This document shows positions 1-9,793 of a DNA stretch of 44,523 bases, piece after piece. The DNA is taken from the IMG/VR virus record IMGVR_UViG_3300035014_000030, positions 1 to 44,523 of that record; one strand, given 5' to 3'. The stretch comes from a virus (Duplodnaviria; Caudoviricetes). Positions within the stretch are counted from its first letter, which is position 1, and the number at the start of each line of letters is the position of its first letter. The position numbers were made by a program, and so were the translations under genes. The notes beneath the pieces were generated by a model, which did not search any database, had not been told where the DNA came from, and saw nothing but the letters and a program-made list of their open reading frames with translations.

Positions 1-1833
1 TTACGGAAAGCGCCGCTTTGTCACCTGCACCGACAGACCCGCCGCCGCGAGATCAACTGTTGACGCGCTTACGTTCCGCGCGGTGACCCGGACGCTGTTG
101 TTCGACCACACATGGCAGTCGAGCACGAAGGCGATGCTGCTGGTGTCGAGCGAGGCGTCGGCATAATCGCCACGTCGCGCGCCAGGCACGGTCACGTCGA
201 TGTTGGCCGTCGCGCCTGCCGTGAGGCTCGGCAGGTCCCAGGACGTCTCCAGCGCCAGGCTGCGCGTCCCCACCGGCACCGAGGGGCACGCATACAGCAC
301 CGCCGGTGCCGCCTCCGGAAGGCCGAACAGCCTCAGCGCCTCGAGCTCGATCTGGCCGTCAAAGCCCACGATCCCCACCTGCGCGAAGGCTACGCCCGCA
401 CCCACCCGGATGGTCTGCCGCCGATTCAACGAGGCGTCGGCCATCACCGCGCCCGCGTTCCACCCCTTCGCCGGGCTGTTCCACTGCATGGTGGTGCCGG
501 AGGCCAGCACATCGCCGGCGATGTTCTCCCTCACATTCGCGGCGCCATCGAACACCCGCACGAAGAGCCGCCCGCCATCGACCCCTCCGACCAGCCAATG
601 CGCCAGCGCAAACTCTTTGGCCGAGGAGGTATCCACCACGAAGGCCATGCCCCGGTTGGCGTCCAGCAACAGCCCGCGGGACGTCGCCGCGATCCCATCC
701 AGCCCGTTGAAGCACAGCCCGGCCAGCGTGGTCGCCGCGGTGGTCGAGGTCGCCACCGTTGCCAGCCTTTCCACGCCGATCTCGGTCCCACTCTGCCGGA
801 AGGCCGCGGCGCGGAGGTTCGGAACCGCCTCCAGCACGCGCAGCAGCCGCGACGCCGGCGCGCGGTGCCGGTTGATCACCGCGTTGCCGGCGCGGTCCGC
901 GGTCGAGGTGTAATCCATCCGAACGGCATAGGTATTGGCCCAGGCCACCTCGTATTCGCAGTCGGTCGCACTGCCGGTGTGCCGCGCGACGATCGGCGAG
1001 CAGGCCTCCATGCGCAGCGCGCGGCCGATGATCGCGGTGCCGTCCGTCTCGTTCAGGAAGGGAATGGCGACGTTCGGGTCGAGCTGGCGCAGCTCGAAGT
1101 TCGGCCCGTCGAAGACGTGCCGGTTGTGGTTGTTGTAGCCGCCCGCGCCGCGCGAGAAGCGGATGCCGAAGCGGTCGATGGTCGGGTTGATGCCGGTGGC
1201 GAGGGCGAAGTGGCCGCCATAGTAGCGAACCGATGTGTTCCAAGCCGTCGCCGTCTCGGCGCGGATATCGAGGCCGTAGCGGTTGTTCAGGATGCGCAGC
1301 AGGTAGAAGGTGCTGTCCTCGACGCCGCGGCCGTCGCCCAGCGTGCGCATGCCTATGGTGAAGCCCGAGACCAGGCGTAGCTCCACCACGGATGCGTCGA
1401 TGTTGCGGACCAGGATGCCGATGTCGGACTCCGAAACCCAGTCGGATTGCGTCTGCCGCACCACCTGTAACCCGGCATAGAGCTTCTCGCCGTTGCGCGT
1501 GGTGCCGCCATCGCCCAGCGTCAGCACGGTGGCAGGTGCATTGGCCGCGCCGGTGTAGCGGATGACGCCGCGCATGATCAGCCCGCGGGCGCCGCCGCCG
1601 AGGGTCACGCCGCTGCCCACGTTCCAGGTGCCTGGCGGGATGACGGCGAATTTCTGGTCTGCCGCGGCGCGATCGAAGCAGGCCTGGATGGCGGTGCGGT
1701 CGTTCGCCACGCCATCGCCGAGCCCGCCAAAGTCGGTCGGCAGCACGGCCTCGCGGTCGCGCAGATACTTCGCGAAGTCGCTCTTGTTGAGGTTGGCGTT
1801 GAGAACCAGCAGGTCGTCGATGCGCGCCGGCAT
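1..1833 (-). CDS. Tail spike / putative polysaccharide depolymerase (pectate lyase 3-like beta-helix)
   Basis: N-terminal DFGGLGDGVANDRTAIQAC...IPPGTW motif typical of beta-helix spikes; C-terminal beta-sandwich; last tail gene in the window. Confidence 0.8.
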   Translation of the reverse strand: MPARIDDLLVLNANLNKSDFAKYLRDREAVLPTDFGGLGDGVANDRTAIQACFDRAAADQKFAVIPPGTWNVGSGVTLGGGARGLIMRGVIRYTGAANAPATVLTLGDGGTTRNGEKLYAGLQVVRQTQSDWVSESDIGILVRNIDASVVELRLVSGFTIGMRTLGDGRGVEDSTFYLLRILNNRYGLDIRAETATAWNTSVRYYGGHFALATGINPTIDRFGIRFSRGAGGYNNHNRHVFDGPNFELRQLDPNVAIPFLNETDGTAIIGRALRMEACSPIVARHTGSATDCEYEVAWANTYAVRMDYTSTADRAGNAVINRHRAPASRLLRVLEAVPNLRAAAFRQSGTEIGVERLATVATSTTAATTLAGLCFNGLDGIAATSRGLLLDANRGMAFVVDTSSAKEFALAHWLVGGVDGGRLFVRVFDGAANVRENIAGDVLASGTTMQWNSPAKGWNAGAVMADASLNRRQTIRVGAGVAFAQVGIVGFDGQIELEALRLFGLPEAAPAVLYACPSVPVGTRSLALETSWDLPSLTAGATANIDVTVPGARRGDYADASLDTSSIAFVLDCHVWSNNSVRVTARNVSASTVDLAAAGLSVQVTKRRFP

Positions 1834-1845
1834 GGCGTTCTCCGA

Positions 1846-3867
1846 TCAGAGGGCGGTGGCGGTGACCGGACCGGCGAAGGCGGAGACGTTGCCTTCGGCC
1901 GAGACGCTGCGGAGCCAGTACCAGCGGGCCTGGCCGGTGGTGAGGCCGATGCGGTCCCAGGGCAGTGCGGTCGGCTCGCTGGCCAGCTTGGTGGCGGCGG
2001 CGAGGCTGGCGCTGCTCGCCTCGAACACCTGCAGCCGCACCCCGTCCGCGGGAAAGCCGCCCGATAGGCGCACGCCGCCAACAATACCGGTCGCGGCCAG
2101 GCCCGAGGCGTCGGCCGGGACCAGCGCCTCGCGCCAGCCCGACACCGCCCCGCTGCGCGCCTGCGCCCGCGCTCGGAAGGCGGTCGGCTCAGTCGTGGGA
2201 ATGGCGACGGCGGTGGCGCCGAACCCGCCGGCGTAGCCCTGCCAGACCGCCACCGAGGCCGGCCGAAGCTCGATCTCGTAGCCGGCGAGATAGGCCGAGC
2301 CCACTGCGGACCAGGACACCGCGATCGCTGTGAACGACGTCCCGATCGGCGTCTCCACCAGGATCGCGGCAGGCGCGGCGATCACGCCTGGATTCGGCAG
2401 CACCACGGACGGGTTCTGCCCCGTCGCGCGCTCATCCGTTGCCGGGTTCCATGCCCAGACGGCGGGATCCTCCTCGGCCAATTGCAGGTTCACCCCGCCA
2501 TCTGGCGCCAGTGCCCAGCCCGTGACCCGCGCCGGGAATGGCGTCAGCCGCTCCAGCGCCACCGTCACGCCGTCCCATGGCCGCAGCCGCAGTGCCGAGA
2601 GGTTGGCCTGCATCGCCACCTCGCGCTGGCGGCGGTTGCGCTCCAGCTCGATTTTCATCAGGCGCTGCACGGTCGCGGCCGAGGTGGTGAGCGGGAATTC
2701 CATGTCGCGGTAGATCGCCTCACCGCCATCCTCGGTGACGTAGTTGCTGGCGAGCAGCGGCGGCGCATCGGTCGGCTGCCAGGCCGCGGCGGGCTCGACA
2801 TAGACGGCGCGTACCCCGTTGAAGAGATCGCGCCGCGGGCGCGAGCCGACGATGGTGACGTCGCCACGCAGATCATCCGAGGTGAGCGTGGCGGCCGGCA
2901 GCGCCGGCGCCCCCGCGTGGATGTAGAAGCGGCCGCCCGACACGACCAGCGCGCCCGCCATGGCGGCGACCAGCTTGCGGGTGATGGCGATCTTGCCCTC
3001 GCCGAGGGTGACCGCACCGTTCACCGTGTAGCGGCGCTCGGCGGTGGCATCGCGCCGGCCCATGATCTCGTCGCAGATGTTGGCCGCGGCCATGAGCGCC
3101 GGCAGGTCGATATCCGCCCAGGCTGCGCGCCACCCAAAGGGCGAGGTCAGGTACCAGGCCAGGCACAGCGCCGGATTGTCGGACCAGCCGGTGGCACCGG
3201 TGCGCGGATCCAGGATGGTGTCCGTCCCCTCGACGATGGCGGATAGGCTGGGGGCACCGGAGGGGAAGGCCTCGGGCCGCAGCTTGAGCCGCACGGCGAG
3301 ATAGGCGCGCCCCTGGCCGCGATGCGCCGCGGTCCACTGGCCTCCCGTGTCTGCCACGAGATTGGCATTGGCGGCCTGACCGGGATCGCCGAGCGCGCGG
3401 TCGATGCGCAGCAGGCCGGCGAACTTCGCGTCGGTCGAGGCGGTGCCGTTGAGGAACACCTCGCCGATGGCGCGGACGCGATGCGCGGCCAGCACCACGA
3501 CGACGTGCAGGAAGCCGTCGGCGCGACCCTCGTCATCGGTGGCGGAATGCAGGAACACCACGGGGCCGGAGGTGCGGCAGCGGCCGAAGACGATCTGGTG
3601 CTCGGTGATCGGCTGGCGGAAGGACTGGGTGCGGCCGGCGCCGGGCGTGCGGGGATCGAAGCCGGAGCCTGGTCCGGTGTCGGTCCCTGGCGTGACGTTG
3701 GCGCTGCGGGCGGCGGAGGGCGACTTGGGGCGGAAGACGGCGGCACCGACGGCGGACACCACCAGGGCGGCGCCGGCGGCGGCCACGGCGCCCAGGACGC
3801 CGCCCCCAATGACGGCGGAGGCGGCGGCGCCCGCGGCGGCAGCGATGAAGGGGATGGCGACGGGCAT
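1846..3867 (-). CDS. Tail tip / host-specificity (J-like hub) protein
   Basis: 673 aa; WSDNPALCLAWYL and NGVRAVYVEP motifs; FN3-like C-terminus (WYWLRSVS..GNVS); position in tail operon. Confidence 0.85.
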   Translation of the reverse strand: MPVAIPFIAAAAGAAASAVIGGGVLGAVAAAGAALVVSAVGAAVFRPKSPSAARSANVTPGTDTGPGSGFDPRTPGAGRTQSFRQPITEHQIVFGRCRTSGPVVFLHSATDDEGRADGFLHVVVVLAAHRVRAIGEVFLNGTASTDAKFAGLLRIDRALGDPGQAANANLVADTGGQWTAAHRGQGRAYLAVRLKLRPEAFPSGAPSLSAIVEGTDTILDPRTGATGWSDNPALCLAWYLTSPFGWRAAWADIDLPALMAAANICDEIMGRRDATAERRYTVNGAVTLGEGKIAITRKLVAAMAGALVVSGGRFYIHAGAPALPAATLTSDDLRGDVTIVGSRPRRDLFNGVRAVYVEPAAAWQPTDAPPLLASNYVTEDGGEAIYRDMEFPLTTSAATVQRLMKIELERNRRQREVAMQANLSALRLRPWDGVTVALERLTPFPARVTGWALAPDGGVNLQLAEEDPAVWAWNPATDERATGQNPSVVLPNPGVIAAPAAILVETPIGTSFTAIAVSWSAVGSAYLAGYEIELRPASVAVWQGYAGGFGATAVAIPTTEPTAFRARAQARSGAVSGWREALVPADASGLAATGIVGGVRLSGGFPADGVRLQVFEASSASLAAATKLASEPTALPWDRIGLTTGQARWYWLRSVSAEGNVSAFAGPVTATAL

Positions 3868-3881
3868 GGTCTGTCAGTCCC

Positions 3882-4238
3882 TCACCAGCCGATGCGCCAC
3901 GCCACGGCGCAGGACGTGATCGGCGCGTGCAGCAATCCCGCGCGTCCGACGAAGGCGGCGCGGCCGGCATCCAGCACGACGCCGAGGCGGTCCGGGTCGG
4001 CGGCCAGCACCACGTCGCCAGCGCGGGCGAACGGCACCGGTACGCGCGGATAGCCCGCGGTGTCGGCCATCGCCGCGAGCGTGGGACAGTGCTGCCAGGA
4101 CGGCCGCCGCCCTGTGGAGGCCACCACCGCCGCCATGGCGAAGCGCCCGCAGTTCCAGCGTGCCGCGTCAAAAGGCCGGTGCTCAGCCGCGTTGATCAGC
4201 GCCGCGAGCCGTTCCGGCCAGTCCGGCAGCCGGCTCAC
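3882..4238 (-). CDS. Tail assembly protein, NlpC/P60-like (DUF6950-like)
   Basis: GTG start overlapping upstream TGA; RLPDWPERL...PFD...NCGRFA...RAGDVV; lambda K-equivalent position. Confidence 0.7.
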   Translation of the reverse strand: MSRLPDWPERLAALINAAEHRPFDAARWNCGRFAMAAVVASTGRRPSWQHCPTLAAMADTAGYPRVPVPFARAGDVVLAADPDRLGVVLDAGRAAFVGRAGLLHAPITSCAVAWRIGW

Positions 4239-4801
4239 TGGTTCGGCAGTCGGATCTCCGCCTCCTGGAGCGCCGGCACGAACTCGAAGAATCGATCGCC
4301 GGGATACTCGGCCTGCTGGTCGGCGTCGGTGTAGCGCCGCACCTCGGCACGCTCGAGGTCGACCAGCCGGCTCTCGCAAGCCAGCGCCACGGAGGGCTCG
4401 GCCCCGTCGGTCACCTCCATCGTGTCCATCAACCCCGCCCAGAGCGGGAACGGGTCCGCCACGAAGGCCCCCTGCGCATCGAGCAGCGCGCCCCACAGCG
4501 TGACCGGCCGCAGGCGATAGCTGCGCTCGGCCAGCGCGATATCCACCACCTCCTGCGGCACCGGCGAGAGCGCGAGGGTGAGCCGCACGGCGCGCAACTC
4601 CACCGTCTCCTCCACATCCGAGATGGCGCCGATGCTGCCGGCACCCTCGAAGACCTTCCCCGCCCAGTCGAGCGGCCCGAGCCCGGTCCAGACGCGAAAG
4701 GGGCCGGTGGCGAAATCGAGCTCGACCAGGACCACCGGTGTTGCGATCGGTGCGGTGGCGGCGGAGGCGGCCTGGTTGCTGAGGCGTGGGGTGCCGGACA
4801 T
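4235..4801 (-). CDS. Minor tail protein (L-like position)
   Basis: Start trimmed to MSGTPRL (TGATG overlap); RYTDADQQAEYPGDRFFEFV motif. Confidence 0.75.
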   Translation of the reverse strand: MSGTPRLSNQAASAATAPIATPVVLVELDFATGPFRVWTGLGPLDWAGKVFEGAGSIGAISDVEETVELRAVRLTLALSPVPQEVVDIALAERSYRLRPVTLWGALLDAQGAFVADPFPLWAGLMDTMEVTDGAEPSVALACESRLVDLERAEVRRYTDADQQAEYPGDRFFEFVPALQEAEIRLPNQ

Positions 4802-5487
4802 CACAAAGCCTCCTCCATGCGGATGGTGACGGCGGCGAAGGGCCCGGGCCGCGTCGGGTTCGCCGCCTCGTCGTCCGACACCAGCCGCATTGGCACGCTT
4901 GGCAGGGAGAGGATCAGTGGCTCGCCCACCACCACCGCGGCGCGCAGCGGCGGCGCGATCGCGATGCTGGCGGTGCCCGCGCCGGAGGCGGCGACCGCGG
5001 CAGTGGCGATGTAGAGCCGGCCGCCAAGCCCGATGTAGTCGCCCGCACCGACCGCCACCGTGCTCGGCCACCAGCCCTGCGTGACGATGGACAGCGCCCC
5101 ACGAGGTGCGCCGGCCGCCAGCGACGGATTGCCAGACCCCACCACCAGCCCGGTGCCGTCCGTGAAGATGGTGGCGTCCGAGAAGGAGTACGGCCCAGTC
5201 GGCACGTCGCCCTGGCTGCGCGGATCACCGGTGCGGTACTCGCGCCGCCAATCCCAGATGCGCACCGTGTTGGCGGATCCCGCCAGTGCCGCCAGCAGCC
5301 CGTCCATCACCCCGGCCTGGACGCGGCCGAGCGGCTCGAAGCTGGCCTCCGCCACCCAGCGCGCGCCCTCCCGTCGCAGAACCTGCGTGGCGCGGGTGAC
5401 GGGCGAGACGAAGCGCAGCGTGTTGTGCTGCAGATAGAAGCTCAGCCGCGACGGCCGCAGCGTGGCGGGCCAGGCATATTCCGTCAT
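4801..5487 (-). CDS. Distal tail protein-like
   Basis: Start MTEYAWP directly after the tape measure gene; synteny. Confidence 0.65.
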   Translation of the reverse strand: MTEYAWPATLRPSRLSFYLQHNTLRFVSPVTRATQVLRREGARWVAEASFEPLGRVQAGVMDGLLAALAGSANTVRIWDWRREYRTGDPRSQGDVPTGPYSFSDATIFTDGTGLVVGSGNPSLAAGAPRGALSIVTQGWWPSTVAVGAGDYIGLGGRLYIATAAVAASGAGTASIAIAPPLRAAVVVGEPLILSLPSVPMRLVSDDEAANPTRPGPFAAVTIRMEEAL

Positions 5488-5491
5488 GACC

Positions 5492-7648
5492 CTAGCCCCG
5501 CACGATGGAGGTGGCGCTGCCGCCGCGGCGGATCGCGTCGAGCGTCGCCGCACTCGCCTGGCGCACGATCTGCGCCGAGAGCACCCGCAGCCGCGCCTCG
5601 ACACCGGCATCGGCACCGCGCGCATCGATGGTGATGCTCTGGTTGATCACCGGCCCACCGGGCGCCATGCCGTTGGGCAGCACCGTGCCGCTGCGGTTGG
5701 GCACGAACCATTCGGGCCCGCGCTCGCCGACGATGTAGGGCTGGCCACCAGCCACCGGCCCGCCCTCGGCGCGGAACAGCCCGCCCAGCGCCGTGCCCAG
5801 CCCCGAGAAGATCGAGCCGAAATCAAAGCCGGCCAGGCTGGAGGTCACCGCCGTGCCGAGCGGCTCGGTGATGGTGCGCCGGACCACGATGCGGGCGATG
5901 TCCTGCAGGATGCCCTGCAGCACCTTGGAAAAACTCTCGCCCTTGATGATCGCGTCCTCGAAGGCCGAGGAGAATGTCAGGCCGAGTTCGCGCGCCGTGT
6001 TGCTGGTGCGCTCGGTCGCCTGCTGGACGCGCTGCTGGCTGCGCTCCAACTCCTCCAGCGCTGCATTGGCTTCGCGGGAGACGGTCTCGTCGGGGATGGG
6101 CTGGCCGATGCGCTCAGAGCGCTCGACCAGGCGGCCGAGGGTCTCCAGGCGGCGGGTGTAGCGTTCCTGGGCATTCTCGTTGGCCTGGATCAGCCGCTCG
6201 CGCTCGCGGATGATGTCGTTGATCTCGCGCTCGGCCTCGCGGTCCGGGCGCGGGATGGACGCCACGCGGCGGGTGGTGCCCTCGATGCGGCGGAGCGCCT
6301 CGTCGCGTTCGCGCAGCGCCAGGGTCTCCAGCCGGGTGCGGTCCGCAGCGGTGATGCCGCCGGCGGCCTCGGCCTCGCGCAGGCGGCGGACGCGGTCCTC
6401 GTACTCGCTGTTGATCCGGAAGCGATCGTCGAGTGCCTTGCGCAGTTCCTCGGCATCCGCGGCGGTGCGGCGGCGCCGGGCCTCGGCCGCCTGGCCGGCC
6501 GCGGCCTCCTGCTCGGTGCGCTGGCGCTCGCCGGCGGCCTGCTCGCCGCGGGTGATCTCCTCCTGGAGTTCCTGGTACTGCCGGCGCAGCTCCTCCAGCC
6601 GAGCGGAGCGATCCACGCCGGCCTGCTGCTGGGCGGTGCCGACCAAGCCGCCCTGGATCGAACCACGGCGGGGCTGCGAGCGCAGACTGTCGCGCCCGTC
6701 ATTCTCCGCCTCGAGGCGGGCGATCTGTGCACGCAGGGCCTCGGCCTGGGCGCGGCGGTCGGCCTCCTGCTCGCTGGGCAGCAGCAGGCCCGAGCCGCGG
6801 CGCACCCCGTCCAGCACGCGGGCGGCACCGGACAGCGCACGGGCCAGGGCGTTGGACAAGCCGATCGCCTGGTCGAGGCGAGCGAGGAACTGGTCAGCCG
6901 CGGCAGTGAGCTGCCCGAAGGCGCGGCCGACGGAGAGGGGCGCGCGTTCGAACTCGCCATTCAGCCGCTCGACGGCCCGCAGCAGCGCCGGGAACACCGT
7001 GTCAGCGGTGAGCTTGCCCTCACTTCCCAGCTTGCGCAGTTCGCCGATCGACACGCCGAGCTCGCGCGCCAGCGCCTGCGCCAGCGTGGGCAGGCCTTCC
7101 AGGATGGAGCGGAGCTCGTCGCCCTGGAGCGTGCCCGACGCCAGCGCCTGGGCGAGCTGCTGGGTGCTGGAAGCGATCTCCTGCTGCGACGCGCCAGACG
7201 CGATGGCGATGCGCTGCAAGCCACCCACGAGCGTGGCGACCTGGTCAGAGGTGGCGCCGATCTCACGGGCGGCGATCGAGAAGCGGGCGAAGGCGTCCAC
7301 GCTCTCGCGCACGGCGACACCGGTCTGGAGGCTGTCGCGATACAGCCGGTCGTAGATTTCGCCGGCGCGTTCGACCGAGCCCAGCGCGGTGTTCAGCCGG
7401 CCCATGGACTGGGTGAGTGCGTCGCCGGCCACCACCACGGCGCGCAACCCGGCGGCGAGGCCGGCGATCTGCACGCCGCGGACGGCGACGTCGAGCAGGT
7501 CTAGCGCGCGGGATGCGCGATCGGCACCGCCCTGGATGCGCTCCAGGCTGCGCTGGCCGGTCTCGCCGACCTCGCGCAGCTCCTGCTTGACCCGGGCGGC
7601 ATCGTCCAGCGACAGCCGGACGGAGACGCGGCGCGTGCTATCCGCCAT
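5492..7648 (-). CDS. Tail tape measure protein
   Basis: 718 aa, Ala/Arg/Glu-rich helical; QLAQALASGTLQGDELRSILE tape-measure motif; C-terminal RAEGGPV..YIVGERGPE. Confidence 0.95.
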   Translation of the reverse strand: MADSTRRVSVRLSLDDAARVKQELREVGETGQRSLERIQGGADRASRALDLLDVAVRGVQIAGLAAGLRAVVVAGDALTQSMGRLNTALGSVERAGEIYDRLYRDSLQTGVAVRESVDAFARFSIAAREIGATSDQVATLVGGLQRIAIASGASQQEIASSTQQLAQALASGTLQGDELRSILEGLPTLAQALARELGVSIGELRKLGSEGKLTADTVFPALLRAVERLNGEFERAPLSVGRAFGQLTAAADQFLARLDQAIGLSNALARALSGAARVLDGVRRGSGLLLPSEQEADRRAQAEALRAQIARLEAENDGRDSLRSQPRRGSIQGGLVGTAQQQAGVDRSARLEELRRQYQELQEEITRGEQAAGERQRTEQEAAAGQAAEARRRRTAADAEELRKALDDRFRINSEYEDRVRRLREAEAAGGITAADRTRLETLALRERDEALRRIEGTTRRVASIPRPDREAEREINDIIRERERLIQANENAQERYTRRLETLGRLVERSERIGQPIPDETVSREANAALEELERSQQRVQQATERTSNTARELGLTFSSAFEDAIIKGESFSKVLQGILQDIARIVVRRTITEPLGTAVTSSLAGFDFGSIFSGLGTALGGLFRAEGGPVAGGQPYIVGERGPEWFVPNRSGTVLPNGMAPGGPVINQSITIDARGADAGVEARLRVLSAQIVRQASAATLDAIRRGGSATSIVRG

Positions 7649-7677
7649 GCGTCACGCCTCCTGCGTCAGTGTGGTGG

Positions 7678-8001
7678 TCAGGACCCGGGGGGATCAGTGC
7701 GGCGCGCGGCGCTGCCGGCGGCGAGGCCCATGCGCATGGCCAACAGGAGTTCCGCTGCCGCCCAGCCGCAGACGCCCATCTCGCGGGCGGTGGCGAGCGC
7801 CGCCGGCATGTCGAGGTCGAGGCCCGCCATCGTTGCCGTCGCGCAGGTGGTGCTGGCGGCCCAGCACGCGGCTCCCTCGACGCTGGCGGGGGCGTGGGCG
7901 GCGTAGGGACACGAGAGGCCGCAGTCGCGGTCCAGGGCCGCGCAGCCGCGGCAGTAGTCAGGGCCCTGGCCGAAGTGCCATTCGGCCCTGGCCCTCAGCC
8001 G
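7678..8001 (-). CDS. Tail assembly chaperone T-segment (reached by -1 frameshift; not in ORF track)
   Basis: -1 frame open from the slippery site: RLRARAEWHFGQGPDYCRGC...RTDPPGS*, ending just before the TMP RBS. Confidence 0.85.
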   Translation of the reverse strand, partial: RLRARAEWHFGQGPDYCRGCAALDRDCGLSCPYAAHAPASVEGAACWAASTTCATATMAGLDLDMPAALATAREMGVCGWAAAELLLAMRMGLAAGSAARRTDPPGS

Positions 8002-8007
8002 TTTCCC
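7960..8007 (-). other. Programmed -1 frameshift signal: G GGA AAC heptamer (8001-8007) plus stimulatory hairpin (7960-7995)
   Basis: X XXY YYZ in frame; 5-nt spacer, then AGGGCC-AG-GGCCGAA-TGGCAC-TTCGGCC-AG-GGCCCT. Confidence 0.88.
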
Positions 8008-8372
8008 TCCAGGGCCACGGCAGCGACCGGGCCTGTGGCGCGGTCCCAGAAGGCGGCCGCGATCTGGTCCATGTCCATCAGCCGCTCGACCGCCTCGGGC
8101 GAGAGTGGCAGCGGCTGGCCGGCGGCGTCGCCGACGCCCTCCCAGGCGGTGACGGCGTGGCGGGCCAGCGCCTTGACCAGGAAGGCGAAGGCCAGGCCTC
8201 GCGCCATGTCGGGGTCGAGCTCGGCCTCCGCGGCTCGCAGCGCGCCGAGACGACGGGCGGAGCCGGCTTGGGCCGCGGCCATGACCGCCGTGGTGATGGG
8301 GCGGATTTCCACGCGGACGCCGCGCGGCAGGTCGAGCCAGTACGGCTCGACCGGGAGGTCGAGGGTGAGCAT
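7995..8372 (-). CDS. Tail assembly chaperone (G-like)
   Basis: 125 aa between tail tube and TMP; ends E-G-N-G at the slippery site. Confidence 0.85.
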   Translation of the reverse strand: MLTLDLPVEPYWLDLPRGVRVEIRPITTAVMAAAQAGSARRLGALRAAEAELDPDMARGLAFAFLVKALARHAVTAWEGVGDAAGQPLPLSPEAVERLMDMDQIAAAFWDRATGPVAAVALEGNG

Positions 8373-9325
8373 TATGCGTACTCCGTTGCAGCCTGCTGAT
8401 TGCGCAGCACGGCGGTCATCATTCGGGTGGCGGTTGCGTTGAAGGCGGCGCGGAAATCGAAGCCGGCTTCTACGCCGGCCGGCCCCTCGATCGGGGTCTT
8501 GGCCAGCGCCAGATAGACCTCGTGCAGCGTGATGGTCAGGCTGCGGTTGGCATCGATGGTGAAGGCGAGCGCAAATTCCGCCGAGGTGCCCGCCTGCGCC
8601 TGGGCGAGCAGCGTGGTGTTCTCGAAGCGCACGGTGATCTGACCGGTGCAGCGCGCGATGCCGGGATCCACGCCCTCCACGCGGCGATCGGCGCGAATGG
8701 TCCGCACCGCCTCCATGCCGTTGGCATAGGTGAGCCGCGCGCCGGTAACCTGCGCCAGCGCCGCTGCGCTCCGCGTGATGGATCCTTGGGCCTTGTTGAA
8801 GGCGGTATAGGCCGCGCTGGTCGGCGTGCCGCCTGAGGTCGCGCCGGTCCGCACCGAGCCCTGGCCCAGCAGCCCGAAGGTCGCCGTCGCCGCGCCGGTC
8901 GGCGTGAAGTCCAGTTCCAGCGTGTCGGCGCGCACACCGGTGCAGACGTCGAAGGACGGGACATCGGGATAGCCGATCTCCATCGCATTGCTCGGCAGCG
9001 ACGCCGCGCCAGAGCCGAAAGTGTGGATGAAGTTGGTGGTGCCGGTGGTGGTGGGTGCGCCCAGCAGGAGCCGCAGCCAGTGGCCGATGTTGATCAGATC
9101 GACCGGCACCACCGCCTGGCCGGCGACGGTCACCGTGTCGAGGAAGGGCGCGGCCGGATCGCGGTTGCTGCCCACGCCGATGACGTCGGCATCCAGCAGC
9201 GGCTGCTCAGCACCGAGGTCGCAGGACAGGAACGGCATGCGCCGCCAGTTGCTGCCGGGGGCGGTGCCGTAGACGGTTTCGGGCAGCATGAGCAGGCGGC
9301 AATTCGCGCCGATGGCACGGGGCAT
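8372..9325 (-). CDS. Major tail tube protein
   Basis: 317 aa; ETVYGTAP start motif; PIEGPAGV near C-terminus; synteny. Confidence 0.88.
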   Translation of the reverse strand: MPRAIGANCRLLMLPETVYGTAPGSNWRRMPFLSCDLGAEQPLLDADVIGVGSNRDPAAPFLDTVTVAGQAVVPVDLINIGHWLRLLLGAPTTTGTTNFIHTFGSGAASLPSNAMEIGYPDVPSFDVCTGVRADTLELDFTPTGAATATFGLLGQGSVRTGATSGGTPTSAAYTAFNKAQGSITRSAAALAQVTGARLTYANGMEAVRTIRADRRVEGVDPGIARCTGQITVRFENTTLLAQAQAGTSAEFALAFTIDANRSLTITLHEVYLALAKTPIEGPAGVEAGFDFRAAFNATATRMMTAVLRNQQAATEYA

Positions 9326-9346
9326 GGGCTTTCTCCTGGAGCGGGA

Positions 9347-9793
9347 TCAGGCCAGCGGAGAGCCGGCGACGGTGAACCACAGGGTGACGGCGATGGCGGC
9401 GGCGCGGACCGCGGCGGCGCCCTCGAACTCGACATCCTCGAAGGAGGCGCTGCCGGGCTGCGCCCATTCGACGGCGCCGCCGAGGGTGCGGTTGGCAGCG
9501 ATGGCCGCGGCGATGTCCACCAGCAGCGCATCGAGCAGCGTGTTGCGCAGGGCGGGGGTAGTGCCGGCGACGGTAATTTCGACCTCGGCGCGATGCTCGA
9601 TCTGCCAGGCGAGCGGCGAGAGGATCGGCGTCTCCTCCACCGTCTCGCCGTCGCGGACGACCACCAGCCCGCCAGCGGGGATGCGCTGCGGGACGGTCTC
9701 CCCGCGGAGCACGACCGGCGCCGGGCTCCTGGCCGCCAGCGACGTTACGAGCCGGCTGTGCAGCGCGGCGATGGCGGTCTCGCGCGTGCTCAT
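9347..9793 (-). CDS. Tail terminator-like protein
   Basis: Start trimmed to MSTRETAIAAL; ANRTLGGAVEW motif; immediately before tail tube. Confidence 0.7.
   Translation of the reverse strand: MSTRETAIAALHSRLVTSLAARSPAPVVLRGETVPQRIPAGGLVVVRDGETVEETPILSPLAWQIEHRAEVEITVAGTTPALRNTLLDALLVDIAAAIAANRTLGGAVEWAQPGSASFEDVEFEGAAAVRAAAIAVTLWFTVAGSPLA

Noticed and set aside
1-3867. DGR or invertible tail-fibre system
   Set aside because: No reverse transcriptase, template repeat, invertase or repeated cassettes seen in the window
7694-7912. 72-aa ORF as the gene before TMP
   Set aside because: Arg-rich, implausible sequence; the -1 frame ending at 7678 is the credible coding frame
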